The position numbers and the translations under genes were made by a program. Under the pieces are notes generated by a model. That model searched no databases. It was not told where the DNA came from and saw only the letters and a program-made list of their open reading frames with translations. 41,449 bases of DNA from Flavobacteriia bacterium (GTDB lineage: Bacteria > Bacteroidota > Bacteroidia > Flavobacteriales > Flavobacteriaceae), in assembly GCA_030626085.1 (NCBI GenBank), contig DAOUPQ010000001.1, positions 1 through 41,449 on the forward strand, written 5' to 3'. Below are positions 10,225-19,538 of the stretch, piece after piece; the first letter of the stretch is position 1, and each line of letters starts with the position of its first letter.

Positions 10225-11353
10225 AAAATTAAAAGTAGCTACGATAATGGGAACTCGACCAGAAATTATTAGGTTAAGTTCAACAATAAAACTCTTAGAT
10301 AAATATCTAAATCAAATAATTATTCACACAGGTCAAAATTATGATTATGAGTTAAATGAAATATTTTTTAAAGAATTAGGATTACGAAAACCTGATTATT
10401 TTTTGGGTGTAGATACTTCATCACTCGGACACGTTCTGGGAGAAATTTTAATTAAAAGTGAAGAAGTTTTTAAGAAAGAAAAACCCGATGCAGTTTTAAT
10501 TTTAGGAGATACAAATTCAAGTATTGCAGGTGTTATTGCTAAAAGAATGCGTATTCCTATATTTCATATGGAAGCTGGAAACCGTAGTTTTGATTTGAAT
10601 GTTCCTGAAGAAATTAATCGTAGAATAATTGACCATCTGGCTGATTTTAATTTGGTATATACAGAACATGCAAGACGACATTTATTGAGTGAAGGGCTTC
10701 CGCATAGAAGAATTTATTTGACAGGTTCGCCAATGTATGAAGTACTAAATGATAATAAAGAAAAAATAAGTGCTTCAAGTATTCTTGATAAACTTGAGTT
10801 ACAAAGGAAAGAGTTTTTTATTGTTTCAGTTCATCGAGAAGAAAATGTAGATAACCCTAAGCATTTAATACAAATTTTAGATATTTTAAACAAATTAGCA
10901 GAAAACTATGAAATTCCTGTTGTAGTTTCAACACATCCACGTACTCTAAAAAGATTAGAATCATTAAAGAATAAAACTATTGATAAGAGGATTCAATTTC
11001 TAAAACCTTTTGGTTTTTTTGATTATGTAAAATTGCAAAAAGAATCATTATGTGTTATTTCTGATAGTGGTACTATTAATGAAGAATCAGCGATATTATC
11101 TTTTCCAGCTATAAGTATAAGGCAAAGCATGGAAAGACCAGAAGCTCAGGATACTGGGACAATAGTTTTAACGGGATTTGATACCGATACCATTTTAAAT
11201 TCAATTCATACAGTAATTGAAGAGCAAAAATTAGGGAGTTATCAGCAAATCCCATTTGAATATACTATTGAAAATACATCTTGGCGTGTTTTAAAATTAA
11301 TAATGGGAAATGCCAAATTAAGTAATAAATGGTGGGGAATTTATGAAAGTTGA
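10214..11353 (+). CDS. fnlC: Non-hydrolysing UDP-sugar 2-epimerase, FnlC (WbjD/Cap5G type; WecB family)
   Basis: GTRPEIIRLS, HTGQNYDYELN, LGDTNS, HMEAGNR...VPEEINRRIIDH, HREENVD, SDSGTINEE. Confidence 0.88.
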   Translation: MDYKKLKVATIMGTRPEIIRLSSTIKLLDKYLNQIIIHTGQNYDYELNEIFFKELGLRKPDYFLGVDTSSLGHVLGEILIKSEEVFKKEKPDAVLILGDTNSSIAGVIAKRMRIPIFHMEAGNRSFDLNVPEEINRRIIDHLADFNLVYTEHARRHLLSEGLPHRRIYLTGSPMYEVLNDNKEKISASSILDKLELQRKEFFIVSVHREENVDNPKHLIQILDILNKLAENYEIPVVVSTHPRTLKRLESLKNKTIDKRIQFLKPFGFFDYVKLQKESLCVISDSGTINEESAILSFPAISIRQSMERPEAQDTGTIVLTGFDTDTILNSIHTVIEEQKLGSYQQIPFEYTIENTSWRVLKLIMGNAKLSNKWWGIYES

Positions 11354-12542
11354 AAAAATATTAATTTTTACTACGACCCCATTTCCTTATGGAATGGCTG
11401 CCACAAATAGAATTATTTCTTATGCCAAAGGATTTATTGAGAATGGCAAGCAAGTTGAGGTAATATGTATGAATAGTACTGAGAATGCTGATAATATATT
11501 TAATTTGAAGGCAGAAGGATATTATCAAGGGATTCGATTTATTTACCTTTCAGGAAGTACTGTAAAGTCTAATAACTTTATCTTGAGGAGATTTCATAAA
11601 TTAACATCTTTAATTTCACTTTTTATTTTCAGTATTAACAGTATTAATAATGTAACTGCATCAATATATTATTCAAGCAATACTTCTTCAGCTTTGGTAC
11701 TGTGGTTTGTGAATAAATTATCTAACGGTATATTCCTAAAAGAAGAAAGTGAGTATCCAGATATATATTTAAATAATAAAAATTATCATTCTAAATATAT
11801 ATTTAGAAAGATTCACTATAAATTATTTGATGGTTTTTTACTGATGACGAAAAGACTAATTTTATATTTTAGTTCAAAAACGAAAGCCCCATGTATTCAA
11901 ATACCAATGACAGTAGAATTAGATAGATTTGAAAATGGTTTAAAAAAAAGTAATGAAAAAACAGATCAAATTATTTATACTGGGATTTTGGATGATAGTA
12001 AAGATGGTATAGATATTTTAATTAATGCATTTGCAAAAGTTGTAAAAAAGCATAATAATTATGAATTGCACCTATATGGATCTGCACATTCAAAAGAAAA
12101 AATGCAGAAATATTATGAGATGGTGAAACAATTAGAAATAACCCAATCTGTTTATTTTATGGGTAGAGTTTCTAGGGATGTTATAACAAGTAAAATAAAA
12201 AATGCTAGAATATTAGTATTACCAAGACCTGACAGTATTCAGGCTCAAAATGGATTCCCCACTAAACTTGGTGAATATCTGGCGACTGGAAATCCAACAT
12301 TAGTTACAAGTGTAGGAGAGATTCCTGATTATTTAACAGATTCCAAGAATTCTTTCATTGCCATTCCTGGAGATGTTTTAAGTTTAAAAAATAAAATGCT
12401 TGAGATTATTGAAAATTACCCAAAGGCTAAGGAAGTAGGCTTAAGAGGTAGAGAAGTTGCAAAAATTCATTTTAATAATATAAGTCAGACAAAAAAAATT
12501 ATAAGTTTTATTGAAAATTCATTTAGCAAATGTGTGGGATAA
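11343..12542 (+). CDS. GT4-family glycosyltransferase
   Basis: KDGIDILINAF and GFPTKLGEYLATGNPTLVTSVGEIP, the GT-B C-terminal motif. Confidence 0.88.
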   Translation: MKVEKILIFTTTPFPYGMAATNRIISYAKGFIENGKQVEVICMNSTENADNIFNLKAEGYYQGIRFIYLSGSTVKSNNFILRRFHKLTSLISLFIFSINSINNVTASIYYSSNTSSALVLWFVNKLSNGIFLKEESEYPDIYLNNKNYHSKYIFRKIHYKLFDGFLLMTKRLILYFSSKTKAPCIQIPMTVELDRFENGLKKSNEKTDQIIYTGILDDSKDGIDILINAFAKVVKKHNNYELHLYGSAHSKEKMQKYYEMVKQLEITQSVYFMGRVSRDVITSKIKNARILVLPRPDSIQAQNGFPTKLGEYLATGNPTLVTSVGEIPDYLTDSKNSFIAIPGDVLSLKNKMLEIIENYPKAKEVGLRGREVAKIHFNNISQTKKIISFIENSFSKCVG

Positions 12543-14392
12543 CAGGTAAAATATATTTTGATAAAAACCAGAAGGTTTCTTTGAATGAATTAAATAGAAT
12601 GACATACATGATCAAACATCGAGGTCCTGATGATAAAGGTTATTATATTAATGAAAATGTTGGTTTGGGGTTTAGACGACTAAGTATTATAGATTTAAAA
12701 ACTGGTCATCAGCCAATGTCTAACCATGAAGAAACAATATGGATTACTTTTAATGGAGAGATTTATAATTTTAAAGAATTAAGATCCGAATTAAGAAATA
12801 AAGGATATAGGTTTAAAACCCACACAGATACAGAAGTTATAGTTCATCTTTATCAAGAGTATGGGGAAAAATGTGTTGATTATTTGCGAGGTATGTTTGC
12901 TTTTGTTATTTGGGATGATAAACAAAAACTTCTTTTTGGGGCAAGAGACAGATTTGGAATTAAACCACTTTACTATTACATTGACAAAGAAAAATTTGTT
13001 TGGGGTTCTGAAATAAAATCTATTAAAGCTTCAACAAATATTAGAACCGATATAAGCATAGAATCTCTAGATTATTATTTTACATATGGTTATATGCCAA
13101 GAAATAAATCTATTTTCAGCGAAATAGAGAAATTAAAACCAGGTCATTCTTTTTTGTTTAAGCCTTATGAAAAAGAACAATTAAGAATTAAAAAATATTG
13201 GAAGATAAATTTTGAGCCAGATTATTCAAAAACAGAAGCTTATTGGAAAGAGGCTCTTTATGAAAGTTTAAATGAATCGGTAAAAATGAGGATGGTAAGT
13301 GATGTCCCATTAGGAGCATTTCTTAGTGGTGGAGTTGATTCTAGTACTGTGGTTTCTTTGATGAGTTTAAATTCTACTAACCCCATCAAAACTTTTTCAA
13401 TTGGATTTAAAGAAGAAAAATATAATGAACTAAAATATGCTCGTTTAATTGCAGATAGATATAAAACGGACCATCATGAGTTTATAGTTGAACCAAAATC
13501 TATAGACCTTCTTCCAAAGTTAGTCAGGGCATATGATGAACCCTTTGCTGATTCTTCTGCCATACCTACATATTATGTCTCTAAATTTACAAGAGATCAT
13601 GTAACAGTAGCATTGTCTGGAGATGGAGGAGATGAACTTTTTGCTGGATATGATAAATATACTAAAATGCAAGCTCTAAAAAAGTCAGTGTATAATAATA
13701 AATTTACAAATAAGTCATTATTTGGTCCATTGAATAAACTAATCCCAGATTATCTTTTTGGAAAGGGTTTAACATATTATTTATCAAAAGACAAAAATAA
13801 TATTGGAGCCTATTTTTGTTTTTGGAAAGACTATGAAAGACAAAAAATTTTTCAAAAAGATATAAAAGAAAAGTTAAAAAGTAATTTAAGTGAAAACCTA
13901 AAATTAAACTTATTGACCTCTACGCAAGCTGATTTTATTAGTAGAATGCAGAAATTAGATATGCAAACCTATATGGTTGATGATATTTTGACAAAAGTAG
14001 ATAGAGCGTCTATGATGAATTCTTTAGAGGTTAGAGTACCATTATTAGATCATAAGTTTGCGGAATTAAGCTTTAAGATTCCTTCAGAATTAAAATTAAA
14101 GGGGAATACTAAAAAGTTCCTTTTAAAAGATACTTTTAAAGAAATATTACCACCTGAAATTATTTCTCATAAGAAACAGGGTTTTGGTGTTCCCTTAAAG
14201 ATTTGGTTTAAAGATGATCTTAAGACTTATGCTTTTGATACACTTCTAAACGAATCTGAATTAACGGGATATTTAGATAAATCGTATATAAAAGAAATCT
14301 TACATAATCATCAGAAAGGAATTCGTGATTATAGTCCAAAAATATGGTCTTTACTATTTTTGAATGAATGGATAAAACAAAATAATATATGA
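12530..14392 (+). CDS. asnB: AsnB-family glutamine amidotransferase (probably polysaccharide amidation)
   Basis: MCGI Ntn-cysteine, HRGPD, RRLSIID, NGEIYN, ARDRFGIKPLYY, LSGGVDSS, LSGDGGDELFAGY, EVRVPLLDH. Confidence 0.93.
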   Translation: MCGITGKIYFDKNQKVSLNELNRMTYMIKHRGPDDKGYYINENVGLGFRRLSIIDLKTGHQPMSNHEETIWITFNGEIYNFKELRSELRNKGYRFKTHTDTEVIVHLYQEYGEKCVDYLRGMFAFVIWDDKQKLLFGARDRFGIKPLYYYIDKEKFVWGSEIKSIKASTNIRTDISIESLDYYFTYGYMPRNKSIFSEIEKLKPGHSFLFKPYEKEQLRIKKYWKINFEPDYSKTEAYWKEALYESLNESVKMRMVSDVPLGAFLSGGVDSSTVVSLMSLNSTNPIKTFSIGFKEEKYNELKYARLIADRYKTDHHEFIVEPKSIDLLPKLVRAYDEPFADSSAIPTYYVSKFTRDHVTVALSGDGGDELFAGYDKYTKMQALKKSVYNNKFTNKSLFGPLNKLIPDYLFGKGLTYYLSKDKNNIGAYFCFWKDYERQKIFQKDIKEKLKSNLSENLKLNLLTSTQADFISRMQKLDMQTYMVDDILTKVDRASMMNSLEVRVPLLDHKFAELSFKIPSELKLKGNTKKFLLKDTFKEILPPEIISHKKQGFGVPLKIWFKDDLKTYAFDTLLNESELTGYLDKSYIKEILHNHQKGIRDYSPKIWSLLFLNEWIKQNNI

Positions 14393-15489
14393 ATATTTTA
14401 CTTTTATGTGGTAATTTGTCTTATGCAGGAGCACAAAGACAATTATTTGAATTAGCAAAAGGATTAAATAAGAAACATGATGTTATTGTTTGTTCTATTT
14501 CCTCTAATGTCTCCTTATTGCAAAATTTTGAGGAAAACAATATTAGGGTAGAAGTTCTTGGGTTGAGAAAAAGGTATTTTATATCAATTTTGTATAAGTT
14601 GTATAACCTAATAAAAAATAATGAGATTCAAGTAATTTACGGTTTTTTATCAACAGCAAATACATATTCTAGAATTATAAAATTATTTTTTCCTTCAATT
14701 AAAATTATTTCTTCTAAAAGAAATAGTGATAGTAAGGAAACTATTTTGAACAAATTATTTGAAAAAATGTTTTCAAAAATGACAGATTTATATATTGCTA
14801 ATTCATTTGCTGGTCAATTAGATTTAAAATATTTTTTTAATATTAAAAACTCAGTAGTAGTTTTAAATGGAGTTGATACTGGTAGATTTCAAAATATTTC
14901 TAATTATTCATGTTTGAAAAAAGATTTTCCAAATTATATAATAATTTCTATGGTTGCCAGAATCAAGAAGCAGAAAAATTATGAAATGTTTTTAAAAGTT
15001 GCTGAAAAGGTTTGTACATCATATGATAATGTTGTTTTCTTTTCAATCGGTGATGATCCAATCCCCAAAGATGCTTATAAGAGTTTTATTTTAAAAGAGA
15101 ATTCAAAATTAAAAATGAAAGATAGGATATTATTTATTGGTGCAAGGTCTGATATACCTGAAATTTTATCAGAAACAGATATATCAATCCTTACATCACA
15201 TAGAGAAGGTTGTTCGAACACCGTTTTAGAATCAATGTTTTCTAAACGTCCTCTAGTTGTAACTGATGTGGGAGATAATAAAAGAATGTTAGCAAAAATG
15301 AATCAAGACTTTATTATAAAACCAAATGATGTACAAATGATGGTTAATAAAATTTCATATTTGATTGATAATCCTGATTTGAGAAAGAAGATTGGGATGG
15401 AAAATTATAGAAAGGCACAAAAAGAATTTACTCAAGAAAAAATGGTTAAAAACACTGAATCAGTCATTATGAGTTTATTAAATAACTAA
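14389..15489 (+). CDS. GT4-family glycosyltransferase
   Basis: GAQRQL, NGVDTGRF, ARIKKQKNY, SHREGCSNTVLESM, TDVGDN. Confidence 0.9.
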   Translation: MNILLLCGNLSYAGAQRQLFELAKGLNKKHDVIVCSISSNVSLLQNFEENNIRVEVLGLRKRYFISILYKLYNLIKNNEIQVIYGFLSTANTYSRIIKLFFPSIKIISSKRNSDSKETILNKLFEKMFSKMTDLYIANSFAGQLDLKYFFNIKNSVVVLNGVDTGRFQNISNYSCLKKDFPNYIIISMVARIKKQKNYEMFLKVAEKVCTSYDNVVFFSIGDDPIPKDAYKSFILKENSKLKMKDRILFIGARSDIPEILSETDISILTSHREGCSNTVLESMFSKRPLVVTDVGDNKRMLAKMNQDFIIKPNDVQMMVNKISYLIDNPDLRKKIGMENYRKAQKEFTQEKMVKNTESVIMSLLNN

Positions 15490-15605
15490 ATGAATCAATC
15501 AAATTTAAAATTTTGATAATTCGTTTCTGTTATATTTTGGCTTTGGTTAGATTATATCAAAATAATTAAATGTAGGATTTCTTTAGTATAATTAAATAAT
15601 AAATT

Positions 15606-16808
15606 ATGAAAAAAAAACCAGTTTTATCAATATTTGCTGATGGTGTTAGGTTTGATAGTTTACAATATATGCCATTTGTGAACTCTTTAAATTCTGCACC
15701 CTTAGAGACTGTTTTGGGTTATTCTATTTCTTGTCATCCATCGATGTATACAGGGGTTTATCCTGATAAACATAAAATAGCTTTTCATTGGGTAAAAAGT
15801 AAAAAGAAAAATGGACCCTATACATTCTTAAGTCATTTTCCGGATTTTTTTCCATTTTCAAATCCTTATATTCAAGCATTAGCATCTCATTTTTATGCTA
15901 AAATATTTTTAAAGAAAAAAGCTAGCCCATTTATGGGATATGGTAAATTATTAAATTTACCAATGAAATTTTGGAATCAAATTGACATTAATGAATTTAA
16001 ATATTGGGATGATGATAATTACATAAATGAAGATATTAAGACAATTTTTGAATTAGTAAGGAAAAACAATTATAAGCATCATATATCAAATATGCATAAG
16101 CCTAATTTAGGTAATTTGAAAGCAGTGAAAACTGTAGACCCTCATATGTATGATTGGGTTTATTATTTTATAGGAGAATCTGATTCTGTTTCTCATGAAT
16201 TTACACAACATTCCAATGAGGGAATATCTTTTTTGAAAAAATTAGATAAGTTTATTGAGACGGAATACAAAAGGTTTGAAGAAGCATATGGTATAGATGG
16301 GTTTGATTTTATTTTTTGGTCTGATCATGGTCATATTTCTATAGATAAACAGATTGATTTATATAACTTATTTAAAGAGAATGGTATAAATCTTAAAAAT
16401 GGATTTCATTTGGTAGATTCTACAACTGCTAGGTTTTGGCCAAAAAATGAGACTCAAAGAAATGAAATAATGAAAGTAATGGAAAAAATACCTGAAGCTA
16501 CTTTAGTAAAAGATGAAGATTATTTAAATTTACATCTAGCAAAAGATAGTGATCTGTATGGTGAACTATTCTATTATCTTAAAGGAGGAGTCATTTTTAT
16601 TTATACTATACATGGATTTGGTAAAGAAACTAAATCAATGCATGGATATCATCCTGACGCAAAAGGGAATGATGGATTATTTGTATCTAACAAAACAATA
16701 AATACATCAAGAGTAACCTTACCAGATGTTTTTGTATCAACTATAAATAGTTTAGGAATTGATTATAACACCAAAGTTGGTTTAGATGGAGAAAATATCT
16801 TATCCTAA
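15606..16808 (+). CDS. Alkaline-phosphatase superfamily protein (nucleotide pyrophosphatase/phosphodiesterase-like)
   Basis: ADGVRFD, YSISCHPSMYTGVYPDKH (nucleophile region), DSVSH, SDHGH and HGY metal-ligand motifs. No signal peptide visible. Confidence 0.82.
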   Translation: MKKKPVLSIFADGVRFDSLQYMPFVNSLNSAPLETVLGYSISCHPSMYTGVYPDKHKIAFHWVKSKKKNGPYTFLSHFPDFFPFSNPYIQALASHFYAKIFLKKKASPFMGYGKLLNLPMKFWNQIDINEFKYWDDDNYINEDIKTIFELVRKNNYKHHISNMHKPNLGNLKAVKTVDPHMYDWVYYFIGESDSVSHEFTQHSNEGISFLKKLDKFIETEYKRFEEAYGIDGFDFIFWSDHGHISIDKQIDLYNLFKENGINLKNGFHLVDSTTARFWPKNETQRNEIMKVMEKIPEATLVKDEDYLNLHLAKDSDLYGELFYYLKGGVIFIYTIHGFGKETKSMHGYHPDAKGNDGLFVSNKTINTSRVTLPDVFVSTINSLGIDYNTKVGLDGENILS

Positions 16809-17946
16809 AGAAGTTCAATCTTTTTTTAATGAAATTATTTTAAAGATAAGGGATTCTTTAGACCCTGATTTTATTTTAATAGCTGGAAGTTTTGGAAAAG
16901 AATCATGGTTGTATTCTGGACAAGAATTAATAAGTGATTTTGAATTAGTTTTTGTTTGTAAGAAAAGATGGTCTCTGAATAAGAAAAAACTATTATTAAA
17001 AGAATTAAATAAAGAATATCCATATGAAATAAGTTTAAAGGGGTATTTAATAGATAACATAGAAAATAAGATTATATCAAATTATGCTGTAAAGAATCCT
17101 GGCTATATTAGTTTGGATTTTTTTGATACTTTTTATGATACCAAATACATTTATGCTAGAAATAATAAGACTTTAGATATTGATTGTTCTGGTGATGAAA
17201 TTCCAGTTTGGGAGGCATGGAGACTATATGTTAATAGGATGGGAGATCTATTGGAAATGGATTATAATGAAAAAAATAATATTCAAAAGTTTGAATATTA
17301 TTGGTTGAAGATATTCGAATCAACTGCGGATAGTTACTTGATAATTAATAAAAGATATTATAAAAATATTCTAAATAGATATAAAATATTTAATAAAGAA
17401 CTGATTGAAAATGATGTTATTTTAGATGATAAATGTAAAAGTTCGATCAATTATATAAAAATGGCTCTTTTTGCAAGGTATAAACATGATCTTGGATATT
17501 TTAGATGTGAATTAAGTATTATTGAAAGAAAGGAAATTATAAATTCTTGGATGAATTATTTTGAAAAAAAATTGTCAGAAAAAGAGCAAATACCAGTTAA
17601 AAATGATAAATCATTTTACATTAATTATTTGAATAATAATAGATTGCAGAAAAAGTATTTAGGATTTAAATATATTTATAATATAACTTTATCAAACGGA
17701 ATTCGATTATTGCATAACCCCAATCTTTTAAACTACCCATTCAAATTCTATAATAATTCGAATAGTTGGAGGCATATAATTCTTTTAAGTATATCATCGG
17801 CTTTTAGTGAAAAAAGTCTTAGCAATAGTAATTTTCCACAGGCTAAATACATTTTAAGCAAAATTATATCTGAAAAGGAAATTATAACTTTAACAGAAAA
17901 GAAATTTATAAATACCATATTAAATTATTGGAAAATTTTAAGATAG
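16786..17946 (+). CDS. Hypothetical protein with an N-terminal Pol-beta-type nucleotidyltransferase-like motif
   Basis: ILIAGSFGKE...ISDFELVFV resembles the hGS..DxD signature (second Asp replaced by Glu). The rest is unrecognised. Confidence 0.5.
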   Translation: MEKISYPKEVQSFFNEIILKIRDSLDPDFILIAGSFGKESWLYSGQELISDFELVFVCKKRWSLNKKKLLLKELNKEYPYEISLKGYLIDNIENKIISNYAVKNPGYISLDFFDTFYDTKYIYARNNKTLDIDCSGDEIPVWEAWRLYVNRMGDLLEMDYNEKNNIQKFEYYWLKIFESTADSYLIINKRYYKNILNRYKIFNKELIENDVILDDKCKSSINYIKMALFARYKHDLGYFRCELSIIERKEIINSWMNYFEKKLSEKEQIPVKNDKSFYINYLNNNRLQKKYLGFKYIYNITLSNGIRLLHNPNLLNYPFKFYNNSNSWRHIILLSISSAFSEKSLSNSNFPQAKYILSKIISEKEIITLTEKKFINTILNYWKILR

Positions 17947-19113
17947 ATGTCAAATAGAAAATATATAATAAAGAACCTTGCTCCATGGATGATGGACGAG
18001 CTAATTGCTTTTTCAAATGTTACAACTTTTGATATTATTTTTCTTAGAGAGCAGGATGAATTTTATGAAAAAGAAATTCAAGAATTAATCACGAATAATA
18101 TTAATATTTTTATAAAACCATTCTCAGTCAATAATTTTTTCTATAAATTATGGATTGTTATTAAATTGTTATTTTTAAATTTTTTCAAATTTAGGTTTGA
18201 TTACAATGGGGCAATAGGAATAAAAAGTATTTGGTGGTTTTTATTTTTAGATATGTCGATTTTTTCAAACAATTCAAATATTCATGCTCAGTTCGCTACT
18301 CAACCTGCATTAGTTTCATTGTTGATTAAAAAGTATTATAAGAACAAACCTAGGTACTCATTTACTTTTCATGCATATGATATTTATTTTGAAAATGAAT
18401 GGTTTAATATGTTAGTTGAAAACTGCTATAAATCTTTTAGTATTTCAAATTTCAATATCAAATATGTTCAAAAAAAGTATATTTTTTCGAATAAGATTGT
18501 TCTTTCTCGCTTAGGTGTTTTTAGAAATAGAATTAAAAAAGAAAATAAAAAAGAATCTAATGAGTTTATTATTGGCCTGATGAGTTGGTTTACAAAAAAG
18601 AAAGGGATTGAATATTTATTAGAATCTTTTAAAGTATTAAAAGAAAAAGAATTTAAAAATATTAAATTAAAACTTGCTGGAGATGGCCCATTAAAAGATG
18701 ATATTTTAAATTTTATTAATGAAAATAATTTAACAAATTTAGTTGAATATGTTGGTAAGATTAAAGGTAAAGAAAAAGATAAGTTTTATAATTTGTTAGA
18801 CGTTTTTATTTTACCATCTGTCAAATTAGATAAAGATCAAGATGGCATACCTGTTGTTTTAATGGAAGCAATAGCATATGAATTACCTATTATAAGTACT
18901 AATGTTTCTGGTATCCCTGAGATTTGTGTTAATAATTATAATGGTTTTTTATTAAATGAAAAAAATACTGAAGAGATTGTAAAATCTATTATTGATATGT
19001 TTGGGAATAGAGATAAAATAAAAATATTTTCTAAAAATGCACTTTTATTAAGTGAAAATTATGATATAGAGATCAATTCGAAAAAGAAAATGATTACTAT
19101 GGGATGGATATAA
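17947..19113 (+). CDS. GT4-family glycosyltransferase (WcaL-like)
   Basis: HAQFAT, FTFHAYDIY, KKGIEYL, GDGPL, DQDGIPVVLMEAIAYELPIISTNVSGIPE. Confidence 0.9.
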   Translation: MSNRKYIIKNLAPWMMDELIAFSNVTTFDIIFLREQDEFYEKEIQELITNNINIFIKPFSVNNFFYKLWIVIKLLFLNFFKFRFDYNGAIGIKSIWWFLFLDMSIFSNNSNIHAQFATQPALVSLLIKKYYKNKPRYSFTFHAYDIYFENEWFNMLVENCYKSFSISNFNIKYVQKKYIFSNKIVLSRLGVFRNRIKKENKKESNEFIIGLMSWFTKKKGIEYLLESFKVLKEKEFKNIKLKLAGDGPLKDDILNFINENNLTNLVEYVGKIKGKEKDKFYNLLDVFILPSVKLDKDQDGIPVVLMEAIAYELPIISTNVSGIPEICVNNYNGFLLNEKNTEEIVKSIIDMFGNRDKIKIFSKNALLLSENYDIEINSKKKMITMGWI

Positions 19114-19281
19114 TAGTCATTTAATGAAACCATTTTTTGATTATGTTTCATTAGAATAAGTTGGAAAAACGTGCATATTTACTGCTATACTAGTTACTTT
19201 GATTGAGGTAGTATGTAGATCATTTCTGTAAGTATTGATTTCTCTTAAACCCATGAGCATGATTGAAGATTATTATATACT

Positions 19282-19340
19282 TTATTGGATGAAAAAAATA
19301 TTGAAGAGATTGTTAATTCTATTATTATCATGGTTGGTAA
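19282..19340 (+). repeat. Degenerate direct copy of part of the 3' region of the upstream GT4 gene
   Basis: TTATTGGATGAAAAAAATATTGAAGAGATTGTTAATTCTATTATT closely matches TTATTAAATGAAAAAAATACTGAAGAGATTGTAAAATCTATTATT at about 18949-18993. Confidence 0.7.
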
Positions 19341-19538
19341 CAATCTAAAAGAACTTTTATTGACTTAGCAACATCAAATAATATTGAAGAATGGTGTATT
19401 AATATAGGAAATTTAAAGAATAAATAGAGAAAAATATAATTAAGTCCAATCTAAAATGTTTGTTTTATAAGAATATGTTGTAGATACACTCATAAATTTT
19501 AAAAAAAAATAATTAGTAATACTTTTAACAATTTAGCC

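Noticed and set aside
16786-17946. CBASS cyclase or MNT-HEPN toxin-antitoxin
   Set aside because: Only a minimal GS/DxE motif is seen, with no effector or HEPN partner. The gene is translationally coupled within glycosyltransferase genes.
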